From assembly GCA_002269645.1 (NCBI GenBank), contig NIVC01001154.1, positions 124,001-188,000 of the forward strand: a stretch of DNA of 64,000 bases. The letters run 5' to 3'. The notes below the pieces were generated by a model, which ran no database searches, was not told the DNA's origin, and worked only from the letters and a program-made list of their open reading frames with translations. Below, in pieces: positions 30,917-44,472 of this stretch (position 1 is its first letter; every line of letters begins with the position of its first letter). Made by a program: the position numbers and the translations under genes. This DNA comes from Macrostomum lignano. Lineage: Eukaryota.

Positions 30917-31489
30917 TGTAGTAGGGCATTATTTTAGGAACGGGAAATTTTGTGGGTTTAAATATGCTTTTACCCTACTATCAGTAGTTTCAACCCGGGG
31001 AAATAATTAGAGCGGGGGTAAGTGGCTAAAATCGGGATTCCTTTAGAACTACAGAGCAGTTGGGCTCTCGGGAAAGAAAACTCGGACCTTCGTTGGAGTG
31101 TCTTCTCCTGTTTAAACTTAGAGAGTTCACGAAGAAGTGGTAAGGAAAGGGAAATATAAGGGATAGGCTTGCACAGAGGAGTCTTGCCTCTAAAAACTGG
31201 GAGTCTTGCCCAAGCACTATAACGGGAATAAGGAAATAGGGAATTAATGTAAAAGCAAAACTAACTTTTGTACCGTAATTCACTTTTCTATTATAAAGCT
31301 TTTTTTGTGTTAACTAAATCCAAATTGGTGTCCTGACTTGGTTCTTTAAGCCTAAAGCTAGAATTAAGGAACAGCAGGAACCTGGTGGCAGCGAACTACC
31401 AAACATTAAGCAGTACCACAGATAGCAATCCGCTCATAATCCTTAGCAATAAGAACCAGTAGCTTAGCCGCGGTTACACGCCCATTCCA
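30917..31489 (+). repeat. 3' LTR of element A
   Basis: Near-identical to 11069-11641; followed by the CTAG TSD. Confidence 0.97.
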
Positions 31490-32134
31490 CTAGCCAAGTT
31501 GTAACTCTGAGACTGAGCCCCATTCTACTAAAATTTAGCAACCCACGGCAGGGCAGTAAGCATGCAGTAGGCCAAAATAAATACAAAGCACTCTACTAAG
31601 AGAGAGGGACAGACGCCAGCTTTAAATCTTCATACATTCTGAGCTACCTACACTACACCGAGCTGAACTATAATAGTAAAGCGAGAGAAAGAGAGAGAAA
31701 GAGAGAGGCCAAGCAGCTTCTGACACGCAGTTGCGTACGTGATTAGGCAGTCAATTTGGTATTCGCATTTCGGTCTGAGGCAGAGCCAAAGGCTAAACCG
31801 GAGGAAGCTTCACCCCCCCCCCACTTCACTGAATATCCAAATGGTTAATTTGCAAGTTCGCCTGAACTACTGGTATAGCTGGTTTATAGCCTCTAATTAT
31901 CTACTGAAGTTCTCAACAAAACGATCTGCTTATTGAATTTCACTTTAGAGTTAAAAATGAGAAAAATATTTTCAAAACGAGCATTTCAAAGTGATAATTC
32001 AAAGTTCCAACTGAAAATGTACAAGAATTTATGTTTATTTCGGTTTGAAAAGAAAACAAATACAAGATTGAAATATTTATAGCGACGAAAGATGCTGCCT
32101 TTCGTCGAAATTCAAGCTCCAGTACATAACATTG

Positions 32135-35100
32135 TCACATGACCTCATCCAGTTCCACAACTGCGTCCTCCTCCATCGGATCCGAGGACACGAACACTCC
32201 GTCCGAGTATTGTAGTGGTCGCCGCTGCTGATCTCGCAGGCTGTCGGAATCTTCGCCAATTGATGACGGCCCCTCTGTCGACCTGGCGCCGGGAGTCAGA
32301 TTTGACGCTTCTCCTAGTTCAGCGCCGCCAGCAGTAGTCGGAGTGTCCGGTGGCGCGTAGCGCGGACTACTAGCGCCAGCGGCGTCTGGAGCGTCCGGGC
32401 TGGCAAAGCCAAGACCGAGTCGGTACCTGCCGCCGCCGCCGCCCGAGTCCGACGTCCAGTCGGAGATGCCAGGCAGCTGAGGAGGCATCGGGCGGCCTCC
32501 GTAGCCGCGGAATCCCTGACCGCCAGCTGACGGCTGCTTCCTTGCCAGGCGAACGCTCAGAACGCTGCCTTTGACCAGCTGGCCATCCAGCTGATGATAA
32601 TTGGGAGGGAGGTGTTGGAAAGTAGAGTTACGCCGCAGCATAGGAGCCTAGCAAAATCGAATATAATAAACACCGGTATAGAATGAGGGACTGAGTTGAG
32701 TGAAGGACTCACTGAGTTGAGTGAGGGACTCACTGAGTTGAGTGAGGGACTATCTGAGTTGAGTGAGGGACTCACTGAGTTGAGTGAGGGACTCTCTGAG
32801 TTGACTGAGGGACTCACTGAGTTGAGTGAGGGACTCTCTGAGTTGAGTGAGGGACTCTCTGAGTTGAGTGAGGGACTTTCTGAGTTGAGTGAGGGACTCT
32901 CTAAGTTGAGTGAGGGACTCTCTAAGTTGAGTGAGGGACTATCTGAGATGAGTGAGGGACTCTTCGAGTTGACTGAGGGACTCTTCGAGATTACTGAGGG
33001 ACTCTTTGAGTTGACTGAGGGACTCTCTTGAGTTGAGTGACGGACTCTGTGAGTTGAGTGAGGGACTCTCTGAGTTGACTGAGGGACTCTTCGAGTTGAC
33101 TGAGGGACTCTTCGAGTTGACTGAGGGACTCTTCGAGTTGACTGAGGGACTCTTCGAGATTACTGAGGGACTCTTTGAGTTGACTGAGGTACTCTGAGTT
33201 GAGTGAGGGACTTATTGAGCTGATGACGGTATTTCTCGAGTTGGTTGGAGTGAAGTTGCGATAATTATGGATAATCACGAGTTTTAAAAATATTTTAACG
33301 GCATGGTAATCGCTAGCCAAAGAAACTCCATCATACACATACGCACAACAAGGTTATGCAGTAGCAATTTCCGTACCACTGCTAAATAACAACTTTATGG
33401 AGCTGCAGTGTTGACTAAACAAGCTTTGTAACAAAATTGTAAGATAGCTAAGCTACATAAATGCCCAAACCTCAGATACAAAGTCTAGCCAAGTCCAACT
33501 CTCTCATTTAGAATTTGTATCTTAGCACATTTTCTTAATACTGCGCGCCAAAAACTGCAGTCGCGTGCTTGAATCACCTGTTCAGACAGGCCATGACCAG
33601 CCCTCCCCCTACCCTCACCTTTCCCTCGACTATTTATCTAGCCACCCAACTTAGCCTTCTACAAATTAGCTGGCAAGGCAATCTGATAAGAAAGGCGACT
33701 TGAACTGCATGAAACTGGCGATCGCGCACTGATTGAAATAAAAAAAGAGACTATAAAATCTTTCAAAGCTCCATGCGAGTGCCAGATACGAGTAGGTGAA
33801 AAAATGAGAACACAGGGACAGGGGGAAAGTAAAGTACCCATTATCTGTCTCACCTGCTTGTGCGCGCATGTGCACACGAAACACTAAACTGGTACTTGTA
33901 AGATTTTACCAAACTGTGTATTTTTGACGAGGGTTGACGGCAAGCTTAGTAATGAGCCATGATGAACTCACTGATGTGAACTCACTGATAAGCAGTTCGT
34001 TGCAGCCAGCTTCCACTAGGACCCTGTCTAGTCTGCCTTATGTAGCTGACACCCCTTAGCTGGCGCCCCTTCTGTAGCCGGCGCCTCTTTTGCTACCAGC
34101 GCCTGACTATGTTGATGGCGCCTCTATTGCTGACGCCCTTTTCTGTAGCTGGCGCCCCTTCTGTATCTGGCGCCCCCTATAAGCTGCCGTCTATTCAAGT
34201 CACAAGTCAAATTCAACGTCAGGGTACCCAAAAACCGATCATAAGCTTTACAGATCAAAAAAACTTTCTATTAGTGTAGAAACACCAGAAATTAATAGAA
34301 TTGCAGGCAAACTTGACAGTTGCATCCGTTTTTTCCGGTTAATAAAAATTTACTAAGCGATAAAAGCACATAAACAGAAACGAATAACCGCTAAACTCTA
34401 CAGAGGGGTAAAAGTTAGCAAGTGAAGGATGCGAGGGGTCCGGCAGCTAGTGAAACTTCTATAAACGGCCGGGACCAGATAAAATTTCTGCGTCAAAATC
34501 TTGCCGCCCGTACCGACTAAGCCATAGTTGGTAGCATAGCCCAAACTATTCAATACTTCTAAGTCTCTCAGGTTTAGTTTTGACCATAAATAGAATTTTC
34601 TCGGCGCCGGCCGCTTACCAAATAAGGAATGTGTCAGGCCTCGCGTAGACTAGAGCGGCCCGCCCCGCCTCCGAACTCTTACCAACCCCTCTTTGCCCCT
34701 GGACCGCCGGCTGCGCCACCCGCTACCCCCTAGGCCACCCCAGCCATAAGGCACGAAATTAATTTTTAATTACTAAGTCGCTAATAAGCGATTCCACCTA
34801 CTTACAGTAGAAAGCAGATAATATTAAGCAAATGTTTCAGCAAAAACAAACAACGCAAATACAATACGTAAACTGCTAAGTCAACAGAATTCTAATTCCA
34901 ATTCCAATTCGAAGTTAAGTGAAATTTTATGTTTTGATCTGTGCTTAACAGTGAAAAAATTAACAGAATCAATAAAAACAATTGTAAAAACTTCGCGACC
35001 GTTTCTGCATAAAAATCCTACATTAAGAACTTCTAAAAAACGACTAATGGCTAAATGTAACTTATAAGACGCTTTTAAAGAACTTTGCTAGTGACCTTCA

Positions 35101-36505
35101 AGCCATCTACCTCACCCCGTTTGAGGCCACTTCCTGCCCCTCTGAGCTTTATCGCGAGCGTGTGAGCGCTAAGGTCTATCTATCTACGAGCTAATTAATT
35201 AAAAATATTAAGTAGCATACCTGATCCATAGCGTTAGCGGCGTCGTCCTCCGATTCGAACGTGACAAACGCCTTCGGCTTGTTGTTGGCTTTGAAGTCGC
35301 CAAACCGGCCGGCGAGGCCGCCAGCGCGATTCTCCATAGCGATGCGCGAGATCGGGCCGAACGGGCTGAACGCCGACCGGAGCATATCTGGATGGATATT
35401 GTAGCCCTGCACGAATAGAGTGTTGCCACGGGGCTTATTGGGCTCGGCGCTGTTCCCTGACGGGGTAGCTGGCGCCGGATCCTGTACGCCGCCAGAAACG
35501 AAGCTGTCGTAGAGATTCGAGCGCGGCCGCTTGGCTGGCGGCTGCTGCAGCTGATTCTGATGCTGTTGAATCTCGTCAGAGCCGCCGCCAGTAGGCGAGT
35601 AGGGCCGATAAGCGGAGACTGGGCCAGTCGAATCGCGGCCTTTCTTCATCAATACCCGAGGCGGGCAGGCGCTTTGTATTTTAATTTTGCCCAGTTTCAC
35701 CAGGCGCTCAGCCGCCACCCTGGCATCTTCGTTAGGCTTAACCGGCGTTTCCTCCTTCTCGCGATTTGTCTCGGCCTCGGCCGCTTGCCGGCTGCGCAGC
35801 TCAGTCAGCTGTTTTCTCTGCGGCGATTGACAGGCACAGTTAAAATATATAACTTTTGTAGATCTAAGGTTAACCTTGACCCGGTGAATTGATCCTAAAG
35901 CAGAGCAGATAGTAGAGTAGGGTCCTTACTTGGAGATCGGGTAGAGTAGGGTCCTTACTTGGAGATCGGGTAGAGTAGGGTCCTTACTTGGAGATCTGGT
36001 AGAGTAGGGTCCTTACTTGGAGATCGGGTAGAGTAGGGTCCTTACTTTGAGATCGGGTAGAGTAGGGTCCTTACTTGGAGATCGGGTAGAGTAGGGTCCT
36101 TACTTGGAGATGTGGTAGAGTAGGGTCCTTACTTGGAGATGTGGTAGAGTAGGGTCTCAACCTGGAGATGTGGTAGAGTAGGGTCTCAACCTGGAGATGT
36201 GGTAGAGTAGGGTCTCAACCTGGAGATGTGGTAGAGTAGGGTCTAAACCTGGAGATGTGGTAGAGTAGGGTCTCAACTTGGAGATGTGGTAGAGTAGGGT
36301 CTCAACCTGGAGATGTGGTAGAGTAGGGTCTTAACTAACTTGGAGATCTGCTAGAATAGAAGCTCAGCCTAAGAAAAGACAATTTTAGGCCAAAGAAACA
36401 ATCCATTTTACTTACTAATTGCTTTAACAATGCATAATTTTGCAGCAGCATTTCCTCTTCTTCAGTATTTTTCTCAGGAAATTTATTTGATTTCTTCATA
36501 GTCAT
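32135..36505 (-). CDS. NELFE: Negative elongation factor E (RRM protein), ~380 aa; exons 36505-36416, 35817-35221, 32590-32135
   Basis: FPEKNTEEEEMLLQNYALLKQL matches the NELF-E N-terminus; AERLVKLG; RSNLYDSFV; RRM GNTLFVQG..LRSAFSPFG..AFVTFE..AMDQ|LDGQLV..SVRLARKQP; both introns are GT-AG and phase 0. Confidence 0.88.
32684..33213. repeat. Minisatellite, 21-bp unit (GAGTTGAGTGAGGGACTCTCT), ~25 copies, NELF-E intron 2
   Basis: Direct tandem copies; source of the spurious SEGLTEL ORF. Confidence 0.95.
34055..34185. repeat. Degenerate short repeats (TAGCTGGCGCCCCT-like)
   Basis: Several decayed copies; share GCGCCCCTT/AGCTGG words with the reverse complement of the 46965-47205 array. Confidence 0.4.
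35911..36355. repeat. Minisatellite, 29-bp unit (GTAGAGTAGGGTCCTTACTTGGAGATCGG), ~15 copies, NELF-E intron 1
   Basis: Direct tandem copies in two sub-variant blocks. Confidence 0.95.
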
Positions 36506-39488
36506 TAAATTAAAGCCTAATGATTGTGGGTAGAAAGGACCAGAAATAGAAGACAGAAGATGATAATGGTTGACGAAAAATACTTTATTAGTATATCTAT
36601 TACTATTACTACAAAAGCAACAATTTTTTAATTACTTTTTTACTTTCTTTTTGGAAAATTTGCTAAACTCATTTGGCTAGTTTAATTTCAGAGGTACTCA
36701 TTTGTTTGAATATCATAATACATTTAATGATATAATGATTTAAATAAAAATCATTTATTTATTCCAAACTTACTTGAACCTAGATATTCCAGAATACTAT
36801 AAAAGAATATTTGCATATACTATGGAGCTCCAAAAATGATTGGATTGGATTAGCTTATGATAAGTTCTTGAGGAATGTTCTTATGTATTGGCTTTAAATG
36901 CTACCTTCCATTGAGCAAAAATTTTAGAAGTTAGCAAATCACTGTAGTCCTGCATTAACACAAATATACAAGCTTTGTACATAGACAAAATTTAAGCAGA
37001 TCTAGCAATTAGGCTATTATTTAGCTTCCTAGTGCATGCTTTTGGTCTGTTGCACAAATACAAGATATTGTTTTCAACAAGCAAGACTGTGCTTGTGCAC
37101 AAACAAATGAAGAAGAAAAGCATTTTTGTCAATTGCCATTTAGTTTATACAGCCTTAAACAAAGTCACAATTTGACAGTGCTGCTATGCATCTTTTGTTT
37201 GAAGAAATAATAGTTGGGGGTTTGAGACCAACTATTTCTAGTTCTATTCACAAGAACTAGAGCATCACCATCTGCCAAAAGGCTTCTACTAACATGATCT
37301 TGATGATGACAAACACAACACATTGTTATTGCCTTAGCCAATATGTTGCAGCTTTTATATTGACATATAGACATATTATTGCATAATTGACAGATTCATA
37401 ACCAATTGCAAAGGCAATATCAAGCAGATGCCACTGCTTTTTGCCTTTATGTTGCAGTGTAAAACCAAGGACTATAAACATAATCTATGGACAATGCAGC
37501 TAGTGCTAGCTATCAACCTATCATAGCTAGGCCTTGTTCAATTATTTATTTAATTTTCTATTTTACAATACTGAATATACCATTATATAGTGTCCATCAT
37601 ATTTATATATAAGATAGATGAGTTAGAAGTCAAGATAAAACTTTCAACAAAAAACCTACTTTCAGCAAATTGATTTTTAGCAAATCAACTTGCTACTAGT
37701 GACTAAGCATTGGCCTCTAGTAAAAAAATTATTAGGCCTGGCTTAAAATTTGGGATTTTAATGAGATTTTAAAAGCTATTTTGGTATTTTTATTTTATTT
37801 GATGAATCTTACTTGCCTAAAAAGATACCTTAGTCTTAAAAATTAATCATGTAATAAAAAAGGTATTGTAATAGTTTGACTATTCTGTAATTTGAATCTA
37901 GTTTATTTATTCTAACTTTAGTCAAGATCCTTAGCTATAATAATTATGTGTAGTTTATTATAAGGTTCTAATAATAGGTATTTTGTTTAATTGGTTTCCA
38001 TTTCTAAGAAATGTGACTCATATTTAAACATGTAAGTTCTAGTCTTTTCTATAAGCATGTGGCAGCCTTAGACATAGATCAATCAATTTAGCATTTGAAA
38101 ACCATAGCACACTGATAAATAATCAAAGCCAATCATTAGTATACACATTCATAATAAGACAATACAATTTCTTATACTATAGTAAATCATTTAAGACTGA
38201 TAGGCATAGTTGCTAAACCATTATGTTACTAATAGTAGTGCACTTGTCTCTTTCTAAGTAAATATTAAATATATGGGACTTATTATAAAATAAAACTGTT
38301 TGTATTTATATTTTAAATACTTTATTATGCACTTTGCCTATTAGGCATTGTGATCATTTTGCTAATTTGCTTAGGCACTACAAGCTTTTTTAAAAACATT
38401 TTGAACTGCTCTCCATTTGTTAAATAATTTTCTTTATTGTATTATTTTATTATATGATCCCTATTAAAAAAGGGTATAAGACTAAGATGGCCACACAACA
38501 TTGAATCTCTATTATATCTACTATCTTTTTACCATTAATTAGCAACTTAATAGCTATTGTTAAATTAATTATTGTTTAATCAATTATATTAATAAATTTT
38601 CAGTCTTTGTGCCAATTTATTTCTTACCCTATCAGTATCATTTTATCTATCAAATTTATTACTATCAGTTTTTCAAAAACCATTGCTATTGGTAATACTA
38701 TACAAAAATGGGATAAATATGCAATAAGATATTTATTTTTTGCTTGGCTATTTGCTTTATTTAGTGGATAAATATCTATAGGTAAGCCTATAATAAAAGC
38801 TAAAGCAAAAGGAAATGATTATAATGTAATACAATTCTATTATAGCATCTATCTACTTAAGACTTGAAGATCTAAACTTAATACAAATTACTACCAATAG
38901 GAAATGAGTGAAATATATTGACCTAAGCTTATTATTATCTATTTACATATTTATTTAGAGCTGTGGCCATCTTGGTATGTGGCTGTCTTAGTTATATGCC
39001 TTAAAAGGTCAAGGCAACTAGGCTTAGACAAAGTCAGTTTTCCTTTTTATCATACCCATAATCAGGGTCACTGCACACCTGTGCCAGAATAAATCCTATC
39101 AAAAAGTTTGATTGCACCATGCATAAAATGTTATGCTTTTCTTTTCCCACTCTCTTGTTATTTTCTCTGTGTATATATGCTAACTTATAGTTTCCCTATT
39201 GCTCACATTCATTTGCTTTATTTTAATTAGTAGCTAGCCTAACAGCTCTTTTATCCAACCTAAAGTGTGCTTTGTGGCTTTGCTAGATAATATTGGTTTT
39301 TGCGAGCTATCTCAGCCAAGGAGCAAACAAACTCATCCATCCCATAGATTTCAATACGATGAAGGAGGTGGTTTAAACCATAGACTATCATGTTTTTTCA
39401 ACCAAACTCATCCAATGGGCGAGCAATCTCAGCCATAGCTTGTCTGCCCATTCATTTCTTCTTCCCTTCTTTCTTTCCTCCTCCTCCA

Positions 39489-40550
39489 ATGGCTCAGTTG
39501 CGACAAACATCCAACTCCGACAGAGAGAAGCTAATCAACGCATGGAATGATAGACAAAATTTGAGCACTGCTTCACACATTCTCGGGATAAAGCTGAAGA
39601 TGTCCAGACATATAATCCAGACTTACGTAGCTACTGGAAGAATTGCTGCTCTTCAACGTGGCGGAATAAGGGAGGAATCAAGCAAGATTGACACAGAAAT
39701 GCGCCAAGAGTTGACTCGCATTGTGGATGCCAATCTGTTTGCAACACTCAAGACCATGTGTCAGCAGCTGCACAAAAGACTGCCAAACAAACTCGTGGTG
39801 TCAACCACGACTGTGCACAGAGCACTGCAGGGCTCTCTGTACACATTCAAAATTGCAACTAAGGACGCGGACATTTGCCTGCAAGCCAACTCGGATGAAG
39901 TGCTTGCCCAACGATGCAACTATGCCCAGATGATGACGACGCTGCCACACGATGCCGTGGTGGTGTACATCGATGAGACTGTATATAACTTGTGGAGCCG
40001 AAGGTCACAAGGCCGAGCAATCAGAGGTCAGCCTGTGCCTCGCATCTGCACCACTCAGAGAGGACCATATTTGACCATTTTCCTTGCCGTCTCCTTTGCA
40101 CTGGGTTTGGTCAAGAGTGACATCTTCCAAGGAGGCCAAACGCGGCCGCGGTTTCAACAGTTTGTAAACGAGCTAGTGGAGCAAGTCCAAGGCCAGGTTA
40201 ACAATGCAAGAATTGTAATTGTCTGTGACGGGCCGACCTTCCACCGTGGAGTCATCGTGCCACAGAATCATCAGCCGAGGATTTAACTGCAGCTGCTTCC
40301 TGCCTATTCGCCGTTCCTAAACCCATGAGAAATGGCGCATAGCGCGGTGAAGGCTGACATCAGATGGCAGCTGGTCAATCCTGCCCTGGTGGAAGAGGAA
40401 GCTGGTGGAATTCTGGATGTAATGAACCATCCCGAGTGGCGCTGTATTCTGTTGGAGCGACTAGGCCGCATTGCCTTGGACATGGTAACACCACTGAAGG
40501 TGGCTCGCTGGGAAATTCATTGTGGCAGAAATTATGCTCAGTGCATCTAG
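39489..40550 (+). pseudogene. Tc1/IS630-family DDE transposase pseudogene
   Basis: HTH region; VYIDET, IVCDGPTFH and LPAYSPFLNP*E motifs; two in-frame stops (40284, ~40326); D-x33-E spacing as read. Confidence 0.88.
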
Positions 40551-40634
40551 CAGCAGCCCTTTGTCTAATGAGACTAGCTGACAAATTGACACCGTGCATC
40601 AGATGCAACCAGTGCTTATTTAGTGAGTCATTTG

Positions 40635-40994
40635 TTTTTTTATTAGAGGCAGGGGGGTTGTGTGCACCCTGGCGCAATTTAAGCATCATTGGCACACAAC
40701 TGGCGAGAGGCATTACTGCCCATTCCGCCGACTCCCCTGAGCAGGCATACAAGCGCGCAGATACGTTACGCAGGCACACACTCACACAGGAGTGTACAGC
40801 AGCCCTAACTTTATCAATTGTTAGGCATGTACACTTCACTGCGCCTTGGGGGGGGGTTGGCTCTCAAGGCTGTTAATTGCACAAGCGAGCCAAGCCAAGA
40901 TTCCAATCCAGCCCCAAATTAATGTGGCTGCACTTGGAATCGAGCCTAGGTTGCGGCACACCAGAGCAGCTGCACTACCGCTGGGCTACGGCCC
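40635..40994 (-). mobile_element. tRNA-derived SINE inserted inside the Tc1-like element
   Basis: Minus-strand head GGGCCGTAGCCCAGCGG (A box)...GGCTCGATTCC (B box); body shared with a second copy at ~45380-45690. Confidence 0.75.
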
Positions 40995-41974
40995 AAAAAA
41001 AAGAGTCATTTGTTTGTTCTGTTAGTCAATTTCCTGTGTTCTGATGTGCTGCTCTATCATAAAGTCTCTTATATACAAACCAATTAAATTTTTCACTTAA
41101 TAAACAAGCTATGGCTGAGATTGCTCGCCTGTTGGATGAGTTTGGTTGAAAAAACGTGATAGTCTATGGTTCAAACCACCTTTGTCGTATTGAAATCTAT
41201 GGGATGGATGAGTTTGCTTGCTCCTTGGCTGAGATAGCTTGCAAAAAAAGGCTTTTCTTTTCTGAAAAATTTCTTTTCAAAAATTGGCCAGTAAAAATAA
41301 TATTAATATTAGCTTGCTCATCCTATTTATCTAATTAATAAAATCCATATACTAAATCCATATACTAAAAATGTGATGTTTGTTTGTTTGTACGAAATTG
41401 ATTTTCTCCTGAATGGCTTGACCGATTTTGTTCGAATTTGCACTGTTCGATCAGAAATTTTCCCGTGATGGTACATGCATCGTGGCTAAGAAATTGCTCG
41501 ATGCTAAAGGCATTAAATATTCGAAAAACATGCTTTTTTGCAAAGGTCAAGCAAAGTTTTCGACTTGAAATGCATTGTAAGAATGCTAGAGAAAAAACTG
41601 ACTGGTTGAATTCTGATTCTGAAATAGATTGCATCATAACTGAATTGTAACTCCGACTTGAATTGAAAATGCAGTGTGGAAGCGTAGCACCAGACTTGAT
41701 TTAAATTGCGTAACCATATTGTTAACTGATACTGACTGACTGAGAAACTGATTATGTCATAACTGCTTCGTGTGATTTACTCTATGCTTGGATTTTAAAG
41801 TGTTGAATTATATAAGTGCAAAATTTCATGTTATCAAAACGATGAGAGCTAGCCTAGAGGTGAACAAACTGAACTGCTAAATGCAGCAACGATGGTTCGA
41901 ATTTTCATAGAGTATATTTTTTTAATTAAAGCTTTTCATTGTCAGGAAAACTAAAAGACTTTTTAAAAAGAATT

Positions 41975-42445
41975 GCGTCATGTAAAATCATAGAAGCGTC
42001 ATGTAAAAATCATAGAAGCGTCATGTAAAAAATCATAGAAGCGTCATGTAAAAATCATAGAAGCGTCATGTAAAAAATCATAGAAGCGTCATGTAAAAAT
42101 CATAGAAACATCATAAAAAAATCATAAAAGCGTCATGAAAAATCATAGAAGCGTCATGAAAAATCATAGAAGCGTCATGTAAAATCATAGAAGCGTCATG
42201 TAAAAATCATAGAAGCGTCATGTAAAAATCAGAGAAGCGTCATGTAAAAATCAGAGAAGCGTCATGTAAAAATCATAGAAGCGTCATGTAAAAATCATAG
42301 AAATGTCATGAAAAAATCATAGAAGCGTCATGTAAAAATCATAGAAACATCATAAAAAAATCATAGAAGCGTCATGAAAAATCATAGAAGCGTCATGTAA
42401 AAAATCATAGAAGCGTCATGTAAAAAATTATAGTCATGTAAAATT
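41975..42445. repeat. Minisatellite, 21-23 bp unit (GCGTCATGTAAAATCATAGAA), ~20 copies
   Basis: Direct tandem copies. Confidence 0.95.
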
Positions 42446-42663
42446 ATATATTTCTTTCGCCAAAATGTACATCTATTGAAACTTAAGATTCACTTTTGCC
42501 GAAGCGTCTTTCGCCGAAAATTCCTTCGCCAAAATGGGCTGCACCCGCCACACCTACGCCTACCTTAATATATCAACAGTGAATGAAGAAGGCGCTATCA
42601 AAATGAATAGGCCTAATTGAGATACAACAGCAAAAAATGTGACCAAATGCACTTGTCGGGATA

Positions 42664-43060
42664 GTGAGACTGCTCCAACTGCCCAAATTGCAATTTTTCT
42701 TGCTGCCTAAGCCAGAAGCCTCAGTCAATCAGGTCCAAGATGAAGACCCCGACACTTGGATCAAGGAGATTGACATCAGCAGGAATCTGTCCAGTGACCA
42801 GCATGCTCAAGTCATTGAGCTGCTAAAGAAGTACAATACCATCTTCTCTCAGGGGCCAAACAATCTTGGCCAAACTCATTTAGTCACCCACAATATCATG
42901 CTGAAGGACAAAGATCCTGGTGATCATCCCAAAGAAGGATGGCAGCCTAAGAGTTGTACAAGACTTCAGGAGTTTAAACCAAAAGTGCAAGTACTTTCCA
43001 TACCAGATACCAAACATCCAAGAAGCATTCGCCAGCCTGGAAGGAAGCCAGCTATTTAGC
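42664..43060 (+). pseudogene. Isolated Ty3/Gypsy pol relic (pre-RT spacer and RT N-terminus), related to element A
   Basis: WIKEIDIS...QVIELLKKY..FSQ...LGQTHLVTHNIMLKD and IIPKKDGSLRVVQDFRSLNQK..FPYQIPNI parallel element A Pol; internal deletion and frameshift. Confidence 0.85.
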
Positions 43061-44038
43061 ACATTCATTACCCATATAGATTTTAGGCTAATGATTAAAT
43101 AAAATAAAGCAGTTAATCATTACAATCCACACATTGCAAAATTGCCATTAAAACGAATTGGAAAACAAAACACCCCCCTAACTTTTGTTATCTCAATATT
43201 GTTTGCTGCAACACATGCTCTTAGATAAAAATACCATTTTTAGTTAGATAAATTAATGTAAAATCTAGCAAAACAAACGTATTCGTAATCGTTTAGCAAA
43301 CTCGAGTCTAGCAAAGCAAAGCAAACTCGAGGAAAATAAGGTAAAACGTATATTTAAGTAGCAGTAATTTCTTAGAAAGTTTGATAAAACAGAATTTCCT
43401 TAAAAAAGTATATCCTTAAACAAATCTAACTGTTATATCTTAGCATGTATAACTAAATATTTTTATATTTCTAAAGTGACGTAAAATTTTGAGTCTAAAA
43501 TATACACGATGAAAACACAACAAAATGTTTAACTTTTGCAAATTAAGGTTGAAAATGATCTTTGAACTCGTCCGCAATTATGAAATAAGCAAATTAGCAT
43601 ATTCTTGTGTTAAATGAAAGGTTTGCTTTTTTAAGATTTATTTTGGTTTCTATTATTGCTATCTATACTATTTTATTGCTGTTATTATTGTAATATTGTT
43701 ATTACCATTAATAATAAACCTAGACCACAAAATAACAATTTTTTCGCTTTTCTGAACTAGCTTACATTTTTTATTTTAGATTCTTGTTTTTCATTTTATT
43801 TTATTTTAAAGACCTACATTATTAAGATTATTTTAATGTTCCTAAGCATTTTAAATAAGATAAATGAATTTTAATATTTTACTTTAATTCTATTGGTTTT
43901 TTATATTTATAATATTATATCCTACTAATGGCTTTTCTTTGGCCTATATTAGTAACAGTATGGTTTCAATTTTCAGTATTATTCATGGCATAAAACAATT
44001 ACAACTAGAAACCATTATTAGGTGCATGACTTATGACT

Positions 44039-44472
44039 AAGACTGCCATACACCAAGACCACCACAGCTATTACCAGCTACTAGTATTGTCATTGAGGGG
44101 AGCTACCAATCTTTTAGCATTGCTATTCCTCTCATAGCCATAGGTTCTTTTCTCGCAGCCTTGTCTTGCTGGCTCTCCTACCCACTCATCTTCTCTTTAA
44201 CACCATCTAATAATCACATTGAGCCAAATTTCTCCCCTAGCTCTCCCAAGTATGATGGTCTTGGTCAAGGGCATAGGGAGGGAAAGATAGGGGGGATGTA
44301 TCTCCCTCCCAAAGAGTGTAACCAAAACTTTTTTGTTGCCCTTTGTTGCTCTACATGCTACTATGTGACTCTGTCATAGCACTACCCCCCCTCCCCATAG
44401 AAAATTCACCTAGGTGTATCCCCCTATAGGAAATTCTTGGCTATGCCCCTGGTCTTGGTATGTGGCAGTCTT
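44039..44472. mobile_element. Small MITE-like element, ~23-bp TIR (AAGACTGCCAYAYACCAAGACCA)
   Basis: Imperfect inverted repeats at both ends; similar ATGTGGCAG(T/C)CTT words occur near 10260, 38055 and 38980. Confidence 0.55.

Larger units (their letters stand above)
11069..31489 (+). mobile_element. Ty3/Gypsy LTR retrotransposon A (full length, interrupted by element B)
   Basis: 573-bp TG...CA LTRs at 11069-11641 and 30917-31489 (one substitution noticed); 4-bp TSD CTAG (11065-68, 31490-93); PBS after the 5' LTR, PPT before the 3' LTR; gag then PR-RT-RH-IN order. Confidence 0.97.
39293..41247 (+). mobile_element. Tc1/IS630-like DNA transposon with ~150-bp TIRs; transposase inactivated
   Basis: 39293-39442 is the reverse complement of ~41105-41247; the left end is preceded by TA, the right tip is degenerate. 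Confidence 0.85.

Noticed and set aside
32557-33338. Heptad-like ORFs (SEGLTEL..., LEESLSQ...)
   Set aside because: Translations of the 21-bp intronic minisatellite.
35911-36355. Regular 29-bp repeats resembling a CRISPR array (also 9358, 57150, 61255)
   Set aside because: Head-to-tail repeats with no unique spacers, no cas genes, eukaryotic context.
42455-42550. TTCGCC(A/G)AA repeats ending in GGGCTGCACCCG (similar decayed TTTTGGCAAA runs near 6200-6290)
   Set aside because: Probably the tip of a non-autonomous DNA transposon, but no partner end was found in the window.
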